NCBI GenBank assembly: GCA_002840365.1 | Contig: PHAO01000001.1 | Coordinates: forward strand, 441,337-505,336 | Length of the DNA: 64,000 bases | DNA from: Candidatus Dojkabacteria bacterium HGW-Dojkabacteria-1 | Lineage (GTDB): Bacteria > Patescibacteriota > Dojkabacteria > SC72 | Reading direction: 5' to 3' | Shown here: one piece after another, positions 27,697 to 37,676 of the stretch | Position numbering within the stretch: the stretch's first letter is position 1 | Layout of the letters: every line of letters begins with the position of its first letter | The notes under the pieces: generated by a model | What the model was told of the DNA's origin: nothing | Seen by the model: the letters and a program-made list of their open reading frames with translations, nothing else | The model's database searches: none | Position numbers and translations under genes: made by a program

Positions 27697-28212
27697 ATGG
27701 AAGCAATACCTGTACCACGCGAGCTTATCGTCCCCCTTACCGCCGTTTTGCTTGCCACGGTGACATACCTCCTCAAGGATGTCAATAAGGGGAAGGGACT
27801 TGGCACACAAATCTGGAACATTGCTCAAGGCATGTTCGGGGTTCTGGCGGCATTCTGGCTGGTTCTCAATGTCATGTTGAGATTAACCGGAATTGCCTGG
27901 TCCCGCTTCTTAACAAACCAGTATGTTTCGGCTTTTTTAGCGGAACTCACAATCGAGACAGAAACTTTTCCCGATTGGGTTGTAATACTGGTCGCAGTAG
28001 GTCTGTTCTACCTCAGCATCAAGGTTGCAGCTGGAAGTGGAACAAGCGTCTGGGGAAAGATAGGGAACATCTTGAAATACTATGCCTTGTTTTTGATCTT
28101 ACTCGGCATCGTAAGCAGCATTCTGTTCGCACTCGTGAACACTGTTGCCAAGAGTTTCCTCAGCAATCCATACGTCATCTCTCTGTTGAAAGAATTTGGC
28201 TTCGTGCCATAG
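27697..28212 (+). CDS. integral membrane protein (4 TM), translationally coupled to the M23 hydrolase gene
   Basis: TAA-ttg-ATG junction with the upstream gene; hydrophobic; GC-richer. Confidence 0.5.
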   Translation: MEAIPVPRELIVPLTAVLLATVTYLLKDVNKGKGLGTQIWNIAQGMFGVLAAFWLVLNVMLRLTGIAWSRFLTNQYVSAFLAELTIETETFPDWVVILVAVGLFYLSIKVAAGSGTSVWGKIGNILKYYALFLILLGIVSSILFALVNTVAKSFLSNPYVISLLKEFGFVP

Positions 28213-28340
28213 ACGGAGAGAAAGAGGAGAGGGCCGTAGGCTTTCACAGATACGGCCCTTTGCCTCTCCCATTCGATTCTATTCACAGATTTAAAGAGAT
28301 TTCATAAATATGAAATTTCTTTCAGATTTAACAGTTAAAA

Positions 28341-30701
28341 ATGGATCCTAAAGAAGAAATACAAAAAATTAAAGAATACGTAGGAGGATTACTTACACCA
28401 CAAGAAATTGTGGTAAGTGAGTACAAAGAAGCTGAGGATTTTCTAGAAGAAAATCTTCCTTCCAAAGAACCTACAGCAGAAGAATATCTTGCTGCATATC
28501 AAAAGATTGAAGCACTAAGAAACTCAAAACATCCTCATAGACAGCAGGAGCATGCTGATTTAGCAATGCTCATTGAAAGGGGTTTACCTTTTTCCTCTAA
28601 AGGTTTCAATCTAATTGCTTTTCAACTCTATTCCGAAGTAATGAATAGAGTACCTAGAGAAGAATCACTAATTGATGGATCTATCTTTATCGATTTTGAT
28701 CAATGGCTCTATGGGTATCCATCATTCAGATTGTGGAGAATGGTAAAACAAGAGAATCAATCACCCCAAGAAAGAGAAGCGGTAGAAAGAATGATATGGA
28801 GATTGCTAACATATTCCACAGAACTTCATGCCCAACTTGATGAAGAGTATCAGGAGAAGAAAACAATTGAGAAAGAGCTCCAAGACAAAAAAGCAAAAGA
28901 GAAAAAACCAATTAATATAGTACCAAAGGTTATTACTAAAAATATTAAGAAAGTGGCTGAAAAGATCTCAGAAGGAAACCCAGACGCCCTTGAGGATTTA
29001 GGGAATACTGTAGAGAGATTCAACAGAACAAGAACATATTTCGAAACAATGATAAAAATATTTAGGAATCCAGAGAATCTCTTTGTTAATTTTGATCAAA
29101 AGATAGGGTTTTGGATGAGTGAAGAAGGAGAAGTAGTCCTTTCTCACCTAATTACTTCAAACAGAGAAGATTTCAGAAACATTTACTACTCAATACTAGA
29201 AAGACTTATCTCTGAAGCAGAATTAAAAAGAGATACTGAAATGCGTGGTAGAGTAGGTACAAGACACGCACTACGCCTTAAAAGGATTTATCCCTTTTCA
29301 AAAGATTTTACAGAAGTTGAATATTGGAGAGGGATTAATTTGCCAAGCAAAAGGAAAGCTAAAGCAGAATCAGAAGTAGTATTACCAAGAAAAAATGATG
29401 GAGATGATAGGAATGGATTTCAAATCCTAGGTTCCTTGTTAAGGTCAAATGATATTAGAGATGCAAGAATTTACAAAAAAACTATGCTTGCCTTTATGGA
29501 ATACATAGAGAAAAACAGAACTGCAATTGCAGATTATGAAATTACAAAAAATTTCTTTAAAACTCAGTATGCATTTGATTTAATCTTTAACCTTCCTGAA
29601 GAGGAAAAAGAAATTGAAGAAGAGGATAGCTCTTTCAATTTTGTTCTTCGAAGATACCTTTGGTTAAAATACGGACCTGAATATACAGAGGAAGAGCCTT
29701 CAGCATTTGAAATAAAACTTTGGAAACTTCAAAAGAATATATTGCTCAAGGGAGTAAGAATTTTTGAAGATTTGTTTAGAGCACAAGATCAATTAGGACA
29801 AGATGGCTATGAAATACATCGTGACTTCTATCAAGAAGCTAGAAATGATTTAGAAGAACAGTATACAGAAAGTGGTTGGCATTTAATAATGTATACAACA
29901 AGAAGATTTAGTGACGTTAGAGATATTTTTTCGAAATCATTTGAAAAATTTAGAATACATTTTTCTCCCCAAGATGAAAAACTCTTCTATCTTTCGGTAC
30001 TACTTGGAACTTTGGATTTTGCACTAACAATGAAACACAGAGAGAATCTAAAGAAAGTTGGAGCAAGCACATTAAGATACTTACATGGAACAAAGGTACC
30101 AACAGCATTTGAAGAGGTATCAGAGAAAGCAGAACAAGAATTAGGCATATGGAGATTTAAGAAAGATACCAAAGATCCAAGCAATCCAAGACTTCAATTT
30201 GATAATAATTTAATAAATTCTCTTCGTAATCTTTCAGTATTCTGGGGTAGGGGGTATGGTGTAACTGTCTTTATCGAACAATCAGGCATAAGGGTAAAAA
30301 ATCCATTACATACAATGGGAGAGGAAAAAGAAGTGAAAAAGGGAGACCAGATTATTAAGGAGAGACCAAATAAAGGAGGAAGGGATGAAGTATTAATACC
30401 ATGGGAAATCATTTCAAAAGCAACTCCTCAATTTGATTACATTAACTGGACCGACTCTGTACTCAGACTTGTTGGAAAATATAGGGCAACAATGGGAAGG
30501 AAAGATTTAGATTGGATATCTGATTTAGCAGCCAAAGGTCCTGCAGTTATTCGTTTTGAAGCTGCAGGTAGCGAGAGAAACTATGAATTGCCTCCTTTAC
30601 CAAATGCCAGAGAAGTTGCGAAGATATTAAAGGAAATCGCAAAACAGATGGTTGTATTAGAGACTCCTCATCCAAAGGATATTCTAAAGAAGTTAGAATA
30701 A
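28341..30701 (+). CDS. large (786 aa) cytoplasmic protein of unknown function
   Basis: Long uninterrupted ORF, charged/helical composition; no TM, nucleotide-binding or catalytic motif recognised. Confidence 0.6.
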   Translation: MDPKEEIQKIKEYVGGLLTPQEIVVSEYKEAEDFLEENLPSKEPTAEEYLAAYQKIEALRNSKHPHRQQEHADLAMLIERGLPFSSKGFNLIAFQLYSEVMNRVPREESLIDGSIFIDFDQWLYGYPSFRLWRMVKQENQSPQEREAVERMIWRLLTYSTELHAQLDEEYQEKKTIEKELQDKKAKEKKPINIVPKVITKNIKKVAEKISEGNPDALEDLGNTVERFNRTRTYFETMIKIFRNPENLFVNFDQKIGFWMSEEGEVVLSHLITSNREDFRNIYYSILERLISEAELKRDTEMRGRVGTRHALRLKRIYPFSKDFTEVEYWRGINLPSKRKAKAESEVVLPRKNDGDDRNGFQILGSLLRSNDIRDARIYKKTMLAFMEYIEKNRTAIADYEITKNFFKTQYAFDLIFNLPEEEKEIEEEDSSFNFVLRRYLWLKYGPEYTEEEPSAFEIKLWKLQKNILLKGVRIFEDLFRAQDQLGQDGYEIHRDFYQEARNDLEEQYTESGWHLIMYTTRRFSDVRDIFSKSFEKFRIHFSPQDEKLFYLSVLLGTLDFALTMKHRENLKKVGASTLRYLHGTKVPTAFEEVSEKAEQELGIWRFKKDTKDPSNPRLQFDNNLINSLRNLSVFWGRGYGVTVFIEQSGIRVKNPLHTMGEEKEVKKGDQIIKERPNKGGRDEVLIPWEIISKATPQFDYINWTDSVLRLVGKYRATMGRKDLDWISDLAAKGPAVIRFEAAGSERNYELPPLPNAREVAKILKEIAKQMVVLETPHPKDILKKLE

Positions 30702-30717
30702 GGTATAATTTCTCAAC

Positions 30718-31224
30718 ATGAAGGAGAAAGTCATTGTCTATGACAAGATGCAATCAGGTTACACATATTTTAAAACAGAACCTGTAGGAAAAAATTTCCA
30801 TGAAGAATTTAAACCCGAATTAACTCCCAAGCAAATGCTTGAATTAGGAGTATTTGGTGGTAAATACATGACAGATTGTCAAAATGAATTTCCTAAAGAG
30901 TGGTTTGTAAAAGCAAAACTTTCCCCTCTTAAAAAGGATATCTCTCTTAATTACTTTAAAATAGATGCAAGCTTACCTCTTTCATACTGGCAAGAGAAAG
31001 GTTGGATATATGAAGATGACCCCAGAGGGTGGTTTCAGTGGTACTGTAGATATTACATGGGAAGAAGAATTCCTGTTGAAGATAAAAGACAGATAAAAAG
31101 GTGGAAAGCTATCAAGAGACATGTACAAGCTGTAAGAAAAAATTGCAAAGAGAGAGATTTAGATTGTAGAAAAAAACAGAGACAAGCTCTCTTACACTGG
31201 GCATATGATAGTAGAAAAATTTAA
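30718..31224 (+). CDS. conserved hypothetical protein (Trp-rich 'GWFQWYCRYYMGRR' motif)
   Basis: 168 aa; basic C-terminus; family not identified. Confidence 0.45.
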   Translation: MKEKVIVYDKMQSGYTYFKTEPVGKNFHEEFKPELTPKQMLELGVFGGKYMTDCQNEFPKEWFVKAKLSPLKKDISLNYFKIDASLPLSYWQEKGWIYEDDPRGWFQWYCRYYMGRRIPVEDKRQIKRWKAIKRHVQAVRKNCKERDLDCRKKQRQALLHWAYDSRKI

Positions 31225-31263
31225 AACTAGAAACCATACCACCCCCCGTGGTAAAATCTACCT

Positions 31264-32430
31264 ATGTCAAAAACAATATACTTAGACAATGCAGCTACAA
31301 CAAAATTAAACCCAAAAGTACTAGAGGAAATGATTCCATACCTTTCTGATATGTATGGAAATGCCTCTAGCATATATCACATTGGAAGAGAAAGTCGAAA
31401 GGCCCTAGATTTAGCCAGAGACAAAGTTGCAAAAGCACTCAATGCAATTAGTAATGAGATATTTTTTACCAGTGGAGGAACAGAGGCCGATAACTGGGCA
31501 ATAAAGGGAGTTGCATTTGCGAATGAAAAAAAAGGTAAGCATATAATTACAACAAACATAGAGCATCATGCTGTTCTTCATACATGCCAATATCTTGAGA
31601 AATACGGATTCGAAGTAACATATCTCCCAGTAAAAGAAAATGGAATAATTGATATTAAGGATCTTAATAATGCTCTACGTAATGACACAATTCTTGTATC
31701 TGTAATGTTTGCAAACAATGAGATAGGTACAATACAACCAATTAAAGAAATTGGTAAGATTACAAGAGAAAGAGGAATATATTTCCATACAGATGCAGTA
31801 CAAGCGGTAGGAAATATTCCAATAGATGTTGAAGATTTAAAGATAGATTTACTCTCTCTTTCTGGGCATAAATTTAATGGTCCAAAGGGAGTAGGAGTGC
31901 TTTACATTAAAAGAGGTATAAATATCCTCCCTATGATTCATGGTGGTGGACAAGAAAGAAATAAAAGGGCTGGTACAGAAAATGTTGCTGGTATTGTGGG
32001 AATAGGAAAAGCAATAGAGCTCGCGACAAAAGATATTGAAAAGAAAAACAAAAAATTAACAGATTTAAGAGATATGACCATTAAAGGATTAATTGAAAGA
32101 ATACCAGATACAATCCTTAATGGAGACCCAGAAAAAAGATTGCCAGGGAATGTAAATGTATGTTTTAAATACATAGAGGGTGAATCTATACTGCTCATGC
32201 TTGATATGAAAGGTGTCTGTGCATCAAGTGGCTCAGCATGTACATCTGGTTCTCTTGATCCTTCACATGTACTCCTAGCAATAGGTCTACCTCATGAGAT
32301 AGCACATGGTTCTCTTAGACTTACATTCTCAATTGAAAATACAAAAAAAGATGTTGAATATCTCTTAGAAACAATACCTCCAATAGTTGAGAGACTTCGA
32401 CAAATGTCACCATTAATTTCAAAACAGTAA
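31264..32430 (+). CDS. iscS: cysteine desulfurase (NifS/IscS, class V aminotransferase)
   Basis: N-terminal 'IYLDNAATT', PLP-Lys region '[12 protein letters not shown]', active-site Cys region 'SSGSACTSG'. Confidence 0.85.
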   Translation: MSKTIYLDNAATTKLNPKVLEEMIPYLSDMYGNASSIYHIGRESRKALDLARDKVAKALNAISNEIFFTSGGTEADNWAIKGVAFANEKKGKHIITTNIEHHAVLHTCQYLEKYGFEVTYLPVKENGIIDIKDLNNALRNDTILVSVMFANNEIGTIQPIKEIGKITRERGIYFHTDAVQAVGNIPIDVEDLKIDLLSLSGHKFNGPKGVGVLYIKRGINILPMIHGGGQERNKRAGTENVAGIVGIGKAIELATKDIEKKNKKLTDLRDMTIKGLIERIPDTILNGDPEKRLPGNVNVCFKYIEGESILLMLDMKGVCASSGSACTSGSLDPSHVLLAIGLPHEIAHGSLRLTFSIENTKKDVEYLLETIPPIVERLRQMSPLISKQ

Positions 32431-32434
32431 TACC

Positions 32435-32821
32435 ATGGAAGGATATAGTGAAAAAGTTATGGATCACTTTTTTAACCCACGAAATGTAGGAACCATTGAA
32501 GATGCAGATGCCATCGGTGAAGTAGGAAATGCAAAATGTGGAGACATTATGAAAATGTATATGAAAATCAAAGATGATATTATTGTAGATGTAAAATTTC
32601 AAACATTTGGATGTGGTGCTGCAGTAGCAACAAGTAGTATGGTTACAGAATTAATAAAAGGGAAAACAGTTGATGAAGCCCTAGAAGTAACAAATACAGA
32701 GGTAGCAGAAGCACTAGACGGTTTACCACCAATTAAGATGCACTGCTCAAACCTTGCAGAATCCGCAGTGAAATCAGCAATAGAGGATTACAGAAAGAAA
32801 CAGAATGGAGAAAAAAAATAA
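32435..32821 (+). CDS. nifU: Fe-S cluster scaffold protein NifU/IscU
   Basis: Conserved Cys residues (GNAKCGD, FGCGAAVA, MHCSNLAE) of the IscU N-terminal domain. Confidence 0.8.
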   Translation: MEGYSEKVMDHFFNPRNVGTIEDADAIGEVGNAKCGDIMKMYMKIKDDIIVDVKFQTFGCGAAVATSSMVTELIKGKTVDEALEVTNTEVAEALDGLPPIKMHCSNLAESAVKSAIEDYRKKQNGEKK

Positions 32822-33875
32822 GCAAAAAGTAATGCTAGGAATGAGTGGAGGAGTAGATAGCTCTGTAGCAGCTTACCTACTTCAACAAGAAGGATATGAG
32901 GTAATAGGGGTTACAATGCAAATATGGACAGATACTTCTAATGATGATGGTTGTTGTTCACTAAGCGCTGTAGAAGATGCAAGAAGAGTTGCTAACAAAC
33001 TCGGTATTGCATACTACGTTTTCAATATGAAAGAAGATTTTCAAAAATACGTAATCGAATACTTTGTTAAAGAGTATGAATCAGGTAGAACCCCAAATCC
33101 TTGTATAGCGTGTAATAGGTATGTGAAGTTTGGCTCACTACTTGATAAAGCCAAAAGTATGAATATTGACTATGTTGCAACAGGCCACTATGCAATCATT
33201 GAAAAAGTAGAAGGAAGATATCTACTTAAGAAAGCTATAGATGATACAAAAGACCAAAGCTATGTACTGTACAACCTAAACCAAGAACAACTATCCAAAA
33301 CACTTTTTCCACTTGGTAAGTACAAAAAAAGTGAAATAAGGGAGATAGCGAAAGAGTTAGGATTTGGAGTAGCTTCAAAACCAGATAGTCAAGAAATATG
33401 TTTTGTAGATGATAATGATTACAACAACTTTATCAAAACTCATTCAAACAATACTTCTTCAATAGGTGAAATAGTAGATATCCAAGGTAATGTACTTGGA
33501 CATCATAACGGAATAACAAAATTTACAATTGGACAGAGAAGAGGGCTTGGAATAGCTTTAGGCAAACCCATGTTTGTTGTTGATATTGATATAGAAAATA
33601 ACAGGGTAATACTAGGAGAAAATGATGATCTTTTTGTAAAAGAAATATATGCATATGATTTAAACTGGATATCGATAGACAAACTTGATAAACCTCTAAG
33701 AATAAAAGCTAAAATAAGGTATAAAGCACAAGAACAAGATGCTACTGTAGAACCATTGGAAGAGGGTAGGGTAAAAATCATATTTGATGAAAAACAAAGA
33801 GCAGCTACACCAGGGCAATCTGTAGTTTTTTACAAAGATAATACTGTTGTAGGAGGAGGAATAATAGAGAAATAG
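32805..33875 (+). CDS. mnmA: tRNA-specific 2-thiouridylase MnmA
   Basis: PP-loop 'LGMSGGVDSSV', 'CNRYVKF' and 'ATGHYA' motifs. Confidence 0.85.
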   Translation: MEKKNKQKVMLGMSGGVDSSVAAYLLQQEGYEVIGVTMQIWTDTSNDDGCCSLSAVEDARRVANKLGIAYYVFNMKEDFQKYVIEYFVKEYESGRTPNPCIACNRYVKFGSLLDKAKSMNIDYVATGHYAIIEKVEGRYLLKKAIDDTKDQSYVLYNLNQEQLSKTLFPLGKYKKSEIREIAKELGFGVASKPDSQEICFVDDNDYNNFIKTHSNNTSSIGEIVDIQGNVLGHHNGITKFTIGQRRGLGIALGKPMFVVDIDIENNRVILGENDDLFVKEIYAYDLNWISIDKLDKPLRIKAKIRYKAQEQDATVEPLEEGRVKIIFDEKQRAATPGQSVVFYKDNTVVGGGIIEK

Positions 33876-33939
33876 GTTTGACTTTCTCAAAAGATATTGT
33901 GAATATATAGATACACTATAAGTTAACAACCACTTCTGT

Positions 33940-34419
33940 ATGGCAAACGAACTAGAAAAGTACAATGAGAATATATTACATGAATACTCAGATGCAATAT
34001 ACATAGATCCAAGAACTGAATTGCCCGAAGGTTTTCCCGATATTAGTGAACATCTTAAACATCTTGGAGACGAACCTTTAGATGTATTTACAGCACTTGA
34101 ATACATGAGAGTAGCATTTCCCGGAGGAGAGATAGAATATTTTGAAAACAACCAAGAAGGATATCCAAAAGGATTACCATTGATAAATAGAATTGTTATA
34201 TATGGTATTACATCTGAGCCAGGAGTAAGAGCTCGAAATACAAAAGGTTTTGATACACATATACTCTTTGATTTAATACAAGGAGACGAAGTTTCTAATC
34301 TCTCTGATGACGATTGGAAAAACTATTACAGACTTGAAAGTGGTGCATTAATAAAAGTTACAGTAATGGAACCTGAGCAAAAAAATGTTAAAAGTTGGTG
34401 GAATAGCGGAAATATTTAA
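33940..34419 (+). CDS. hypothetical protein
   Basis: 159-aa ORF, acidic; no motif recognised. Confidence 0.4.
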   Translation: MANELEKYNENILHEYSDAIYIDPRTELPEGFPDISEHLKHLGDEPLDVFTALEYMRVAFPGGEIEYFENNQEGYPKGLPLINRIVIYGITSEPGVRARNTKGFDTHILFDLIQGDEVSNLSDDDWKNYYRLESGALIKVTVMEPEQKNVKSWWNSGNI

Positions 34420-34481
34420 GTAGTTTGAAATTCTTTTAATCTTGATATAGATTAGAGATAATAAGTTTCTTTTTTTGTTTA

Positions 34482-35495
34482 ATGGTCAGTCAAAGAGCAC
34501 CTTTGTCTATACTTACATGTCAATCTGGGAGATTTTTTGCAAAAAAGATTGAAAAAGAACTAATCAAAAAGTATACAGCTGATGTACATTTAATACCCTC
34601 TTCACAAGTTATCTTTGCCAATACTGAAATAAAAACAGTAATTGATGAAAGTATTAGAGGAAGAGATGTATACATTATCCAAGATGTAGAGAATCACACT
34701 GAGGACATGTCTGTAGATGAAAACCTTAGATCCATATACACAACCATTGATGCATGTCGAAGATGTGGAGCAGAGAGATTGACAGCAATACTTCCATCAT
34801 ACCCATATGCAAGACAGGATAAACAGGATGGAAGAGATGGCATTACTGCAGCAAGAGTAGCGTGGGAATTAGAGGGAGAAATGGGAGTAGATCATGTAAT
34901 CACTATCGATTTGCACAATAGTGCAATACAAGGTTTCTTTAGGAAAGCAAACATAGATAATCTTAGAGGTGGTACAGTACTTGTCCCATATCTTAAGAAA
35001 TTAATAAAAAATAGAGAAGAAACATTAATCATGCCAACTGATTTAGGAGGAGCTAAAAGAGCTAACTACTATGCCCAATCCCTTGGAACAGGAATAGCAT
35101 TCACATATAAAAAAAGAGATTACAGTAAACCTAATTGTGTAGAAGAAATAGCAATAATGGGAGATTTAAAAGATAAAGATGTATATATTGTAGATGATAT
35201 GATTTGTACAGGAGGAACTCTTTCTAAAGCAATAATTGAAGCAAAAAAATTAGGTGCAAAAAGTGTAACAGCCGTATGTACACTTGCACTTTTTAATGGC
35301 CCAGCAATTGAAAGATTTTCAGATCTTTACAAAAAAGGAGTACTAAAAAGTGTAATAGGCACAGATGCAACTTACCATTCAAAAGAATTTCTTAAAGAAA
35401 ATATTTGGTTTAAAGAAATATCAGTAGCAGGATATTTTTCTGAAGTTATTTACAGAATTAATACAAGACAATCGATAGGGGATTTACTTAAATAA
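34482..35495 (+). CDS. prs: ribose-phosphate pyrophosphokinase (PRPP synthetase)
   Basis: PRPP-binding loop 'VDDMICTGGTLSKA'; 337 aa. Confidence 0.8.
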   Translation: MVSQRAPLSILTCQSGRFFAKKIEKELIKKYTADVHLIPSSQVIFANTEIKTVIDESIRGRDVYIIQDVENHTEDMSVDENLRSIYTTIDACRRCGAERLTAILPSYPYARQDKQDGRDGITAARVAWELEGEMGVDHVITIDLHNSAIQGFFRKANIDNLRGGTVLVPYLKKLIKNREETLIMPTDLGGAKRANYYAQSLGTGIAFTYKKRDYSKPNCVEEIAIMGDLKDKDVYIVDDMICTGGTLSKAIIEAKKLGAKSVTAVCTLALFNGPAIERFSDLYKKGVLKSVIGTDATYHSKEFLKENIWFKEISVAGYFSEVIYRINTRQSIGDLLK

Positions 35496-35934
35496 AGAGA
35501 ATACCCTTATCCAACCTATACTTATCAGTATATCCAATAATCTTCAATTGCAATTCTTCACCATTTGGATATTTAACAGCAGTAAAAACAGTATCAGACG
35601 ATGGTACTAGACAAGCTACCTTACCTTTTAATATCACAGAGCATATCTCTTTCTCTCTATTTCCATAAACTATTTGAAACTCTCCTTGGTAGTTCTCAGC
35701 TTCAAAGATTACTAACTTTTTCCATTTAAAATTCAACTGTACAATTAGATGCCAAACATTGGTTAAGGGGTGATTACTCTTTTCAGCTTTAACAAAAACT
35801 CCTTTTTCAATCTTCTTAGTATATTTACTCCAATTCCACCAATGTGATCTTTTCTTAGAGAAAGGCTCCCACAACAGCATGATTAAGGGTAGAAACAATA
35901 TTGCTTCAATATGGAATTTTGATGTTTTTAACAT
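35488..35934 (-). CDS. hypothetical membrane-anchored protein
   Basis: 148 aa, N-terminal TM helix. Confidence 0.4.
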   Translation of the reverse strand: MLKTSKFHIEAILFLPLIMLLWEPFSKKRSHWWNWSKYTKKIEKGVFVKAEKSNHPLTNVWHLIVQLNFKWKKLVIFEAENYQGEFQIVYGNREKEICSVILKGKVACLVPSSDTVFTAVKYPNGEELQLKIIGYTDKYRLDKGILFI

Positions 35935-35987
35935 ACCAAATTATACTTTATTTACACGCCCAATTAAAACATATACACTGATTAGAG

Positions 35988-36596
35988 ATGAAATTGCCAA
36001 AGCTAAATAAAGTAGTAATATACCTTAGTCTTTCAGATGTATTCACATGGGGACCATACACCATAATCTCAATGCTTACAGGTTTGTATCTTGCATCTAA
36101 ACTAGGTGAGAATGTAGTACAGTTCGTTGGAATAGGTACTTCTATATATTTCTTTACTAGAGCACTTTTCCAAATGCCAGTCGGTATTCTTACAGATAAA
36201 TACAAACATGATAAAGATGAAATATTAATTCTCTTTGTCGGTATATTACTAATGGGTTTTCCTTTCCTTTTGTATCCATACATACAGAATCAATATCAGT
36301 ATTTCTTTTTACAATTCCTTTTTGGTTTGGGAGTATCACTAAATTTAACTAATTGGAGAAAACTTTTTGCTCTTAATGTAGATACCGGTAGGGAAGGAAG
36401 ACAGTACAGTATGTATGAAGTAATAATGAGTGTATCAACTGCATTAATATGTATCTTAGGTGGATATATCGCGAATATGGGAGATATTTACTTTGATACT
36501 GTAATGTCAGTTGCAGGTGTAATCATAATGTTGGGAGGAATTTGGTCCATTATGATATATAGATACGAAGGTAGAAAGAGTAGGAAGAAGAAATAG
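35988..36596 (+). CDS. 6-TM MFS-like half-transporter (possible truncated MFS gene)
   Basis: 202 aa; six hydrophobic helices; motif-A-like loop 'GILTDKYKHDKDE' after TM2; half the usual MFS length, with no room upstream for the other half. Confidence 0.4.
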   Translation: MKLPKLNKVVIYLSLSDVFTWGPYTIISMLTGLYLASKLGENVVQFVGIGTSIYFFTRALFQMPVGILTDKYKHDKDEILILFVGILLMGFPFLLYPYIQNQYQYFFLQFLFGLGVSLNLTNWRKLFALNVDTGREGRQYSMYEVIMSVSTALICILGGYIANMGDIYFDTVMSVAGVIIMLGGIWSIMIYRYEGRKSRKKK

Positions 36597-36622
36597 AAAT
36601 ATTTAAATTGGTATAACATGGT

Positions 36623-37015
36623 ATGGAGAAGAAAATTTTAATATTAATAACAATAGTTTTACCCTTAGGAATTCTTACAGTATTTTCATTTAAAGACTTT
36701 TTAATTAAAGATTCTCCCATTGAAAACAAAACACCAGAGAGTAAAATTGTAACGAAAGGTAATTTTATACTTGAATATACCTACAAAGGAGAAAATATAT
36801 GGGAATATAGTGTAACAGGACAATTACCTAATCCATGCTATCAAGCATCTACAGATGTAATAGTTGCAGAAAGCTATCCTGAACAAGTATTCGTGACAGT
36901 AACTGTAGCACCACCAGAAGATGATGTAATGTGTGCTCAAGTTATTTCTGAGTATGAATACTCTGGTGAATTTAGTGCAAGCAAGGAGGCTACTGTAGCT
37001 CTTCAGGTGAAATAA
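36623..37015 (+). CDS. small secreted protein
   Basis: 130 aa, signal peptide. Confidence 0.4.
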   Translation: MEKKILILITIVLPLGILTVFSFKDFLIKDSPIENKTPESKIVTKGNFILEYTYKGENIWEYSVTGQLPNPCYQASTDVIVAESYPEQVFVTVTVAPPEDDVMCAQVISEYEYSGEFSASKEATVALQVK

Positions 37016-37676
37016 CAATCCAACCAGATATTAATCTTCTGTCTCCATTTCTTTCTAAACATGTGGAGATAATTAAATCTGCTCCTCCTGGTGTTCTATT
37101 GTCTTCAAGTACTCTAGCATCTTTGTACCAAATAGCTTGAAGCACTGTATCTCCAATCTTTATCTGTGTACCATCTAACTGTCCATTAGAGTAAAGTAGG
37201 TGAAGTAAATCTCCAAAAAGATAGTGTTTGTTACCTAGAGACAGTCCATTATGAGTATGTAATTGATATGTATTATCCATTACAAATATAGGACCACCTA
37301 AGACAATATTTCTGTTTTGATCAAGTTGTCTTTGCCATTTATAATCACCTAAAAGTAGTTCATTTAACTCATTTACAGTATCTTCTGAATACTCTCCTAA
37401 ATATGTGTATTTAAGGGATATTTCTTTTCCTTCCCATCTACTTGGTATATCTCTGTTTAATACTGAGAAAGTATAAAGGTAAGTATTACCATCTACAAAT
37501 GCCAATGATTTACCCAAAGGATTCTCCTGTTCAACAAAAGAAGTAGAATCAGCAACAGCATATATTTCAGTGTTAATAACTTCTTCTTTTGTATTAGGAA
37601 TAAAAACAAAAATTGTGTAGATAGCGGTACTAATTACAAGTACCGCTACCAATATATTCAATATCTTAAACTTCAT
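36990..37676 (-). CDS. sortase-family transpeptidase
   Basis: N-terminal TM anchor; His (NKHYLFGD), Cys in 'LIISTCLE' (compare sortase TLxTC) and Arg (RRLISGW); 228 aa; overlaps the stop of the upstream surface-protein gene. Confidence 0.55.
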   Translation of the reverse strand: MKFKILNILVAVLVISTAIYTIFVFIPNTKEEVINTEIYAVADSTSFVEQENPLGKSLAFVDGNTYLYTFSVLNRDIPSRWEGKEISLKYTYLGEYSEDTVNELNELLLGDYKWQRQLDQNRNIVLGGPIFVMDNTYQLHTHNGLSLGNKHYLFGDLLHLLYSNGQLDGTQIKIGDTVLQAIWYKDARVLEDNRTPGGADLIISTCLERNGDRRLISGWIVISPEELQ

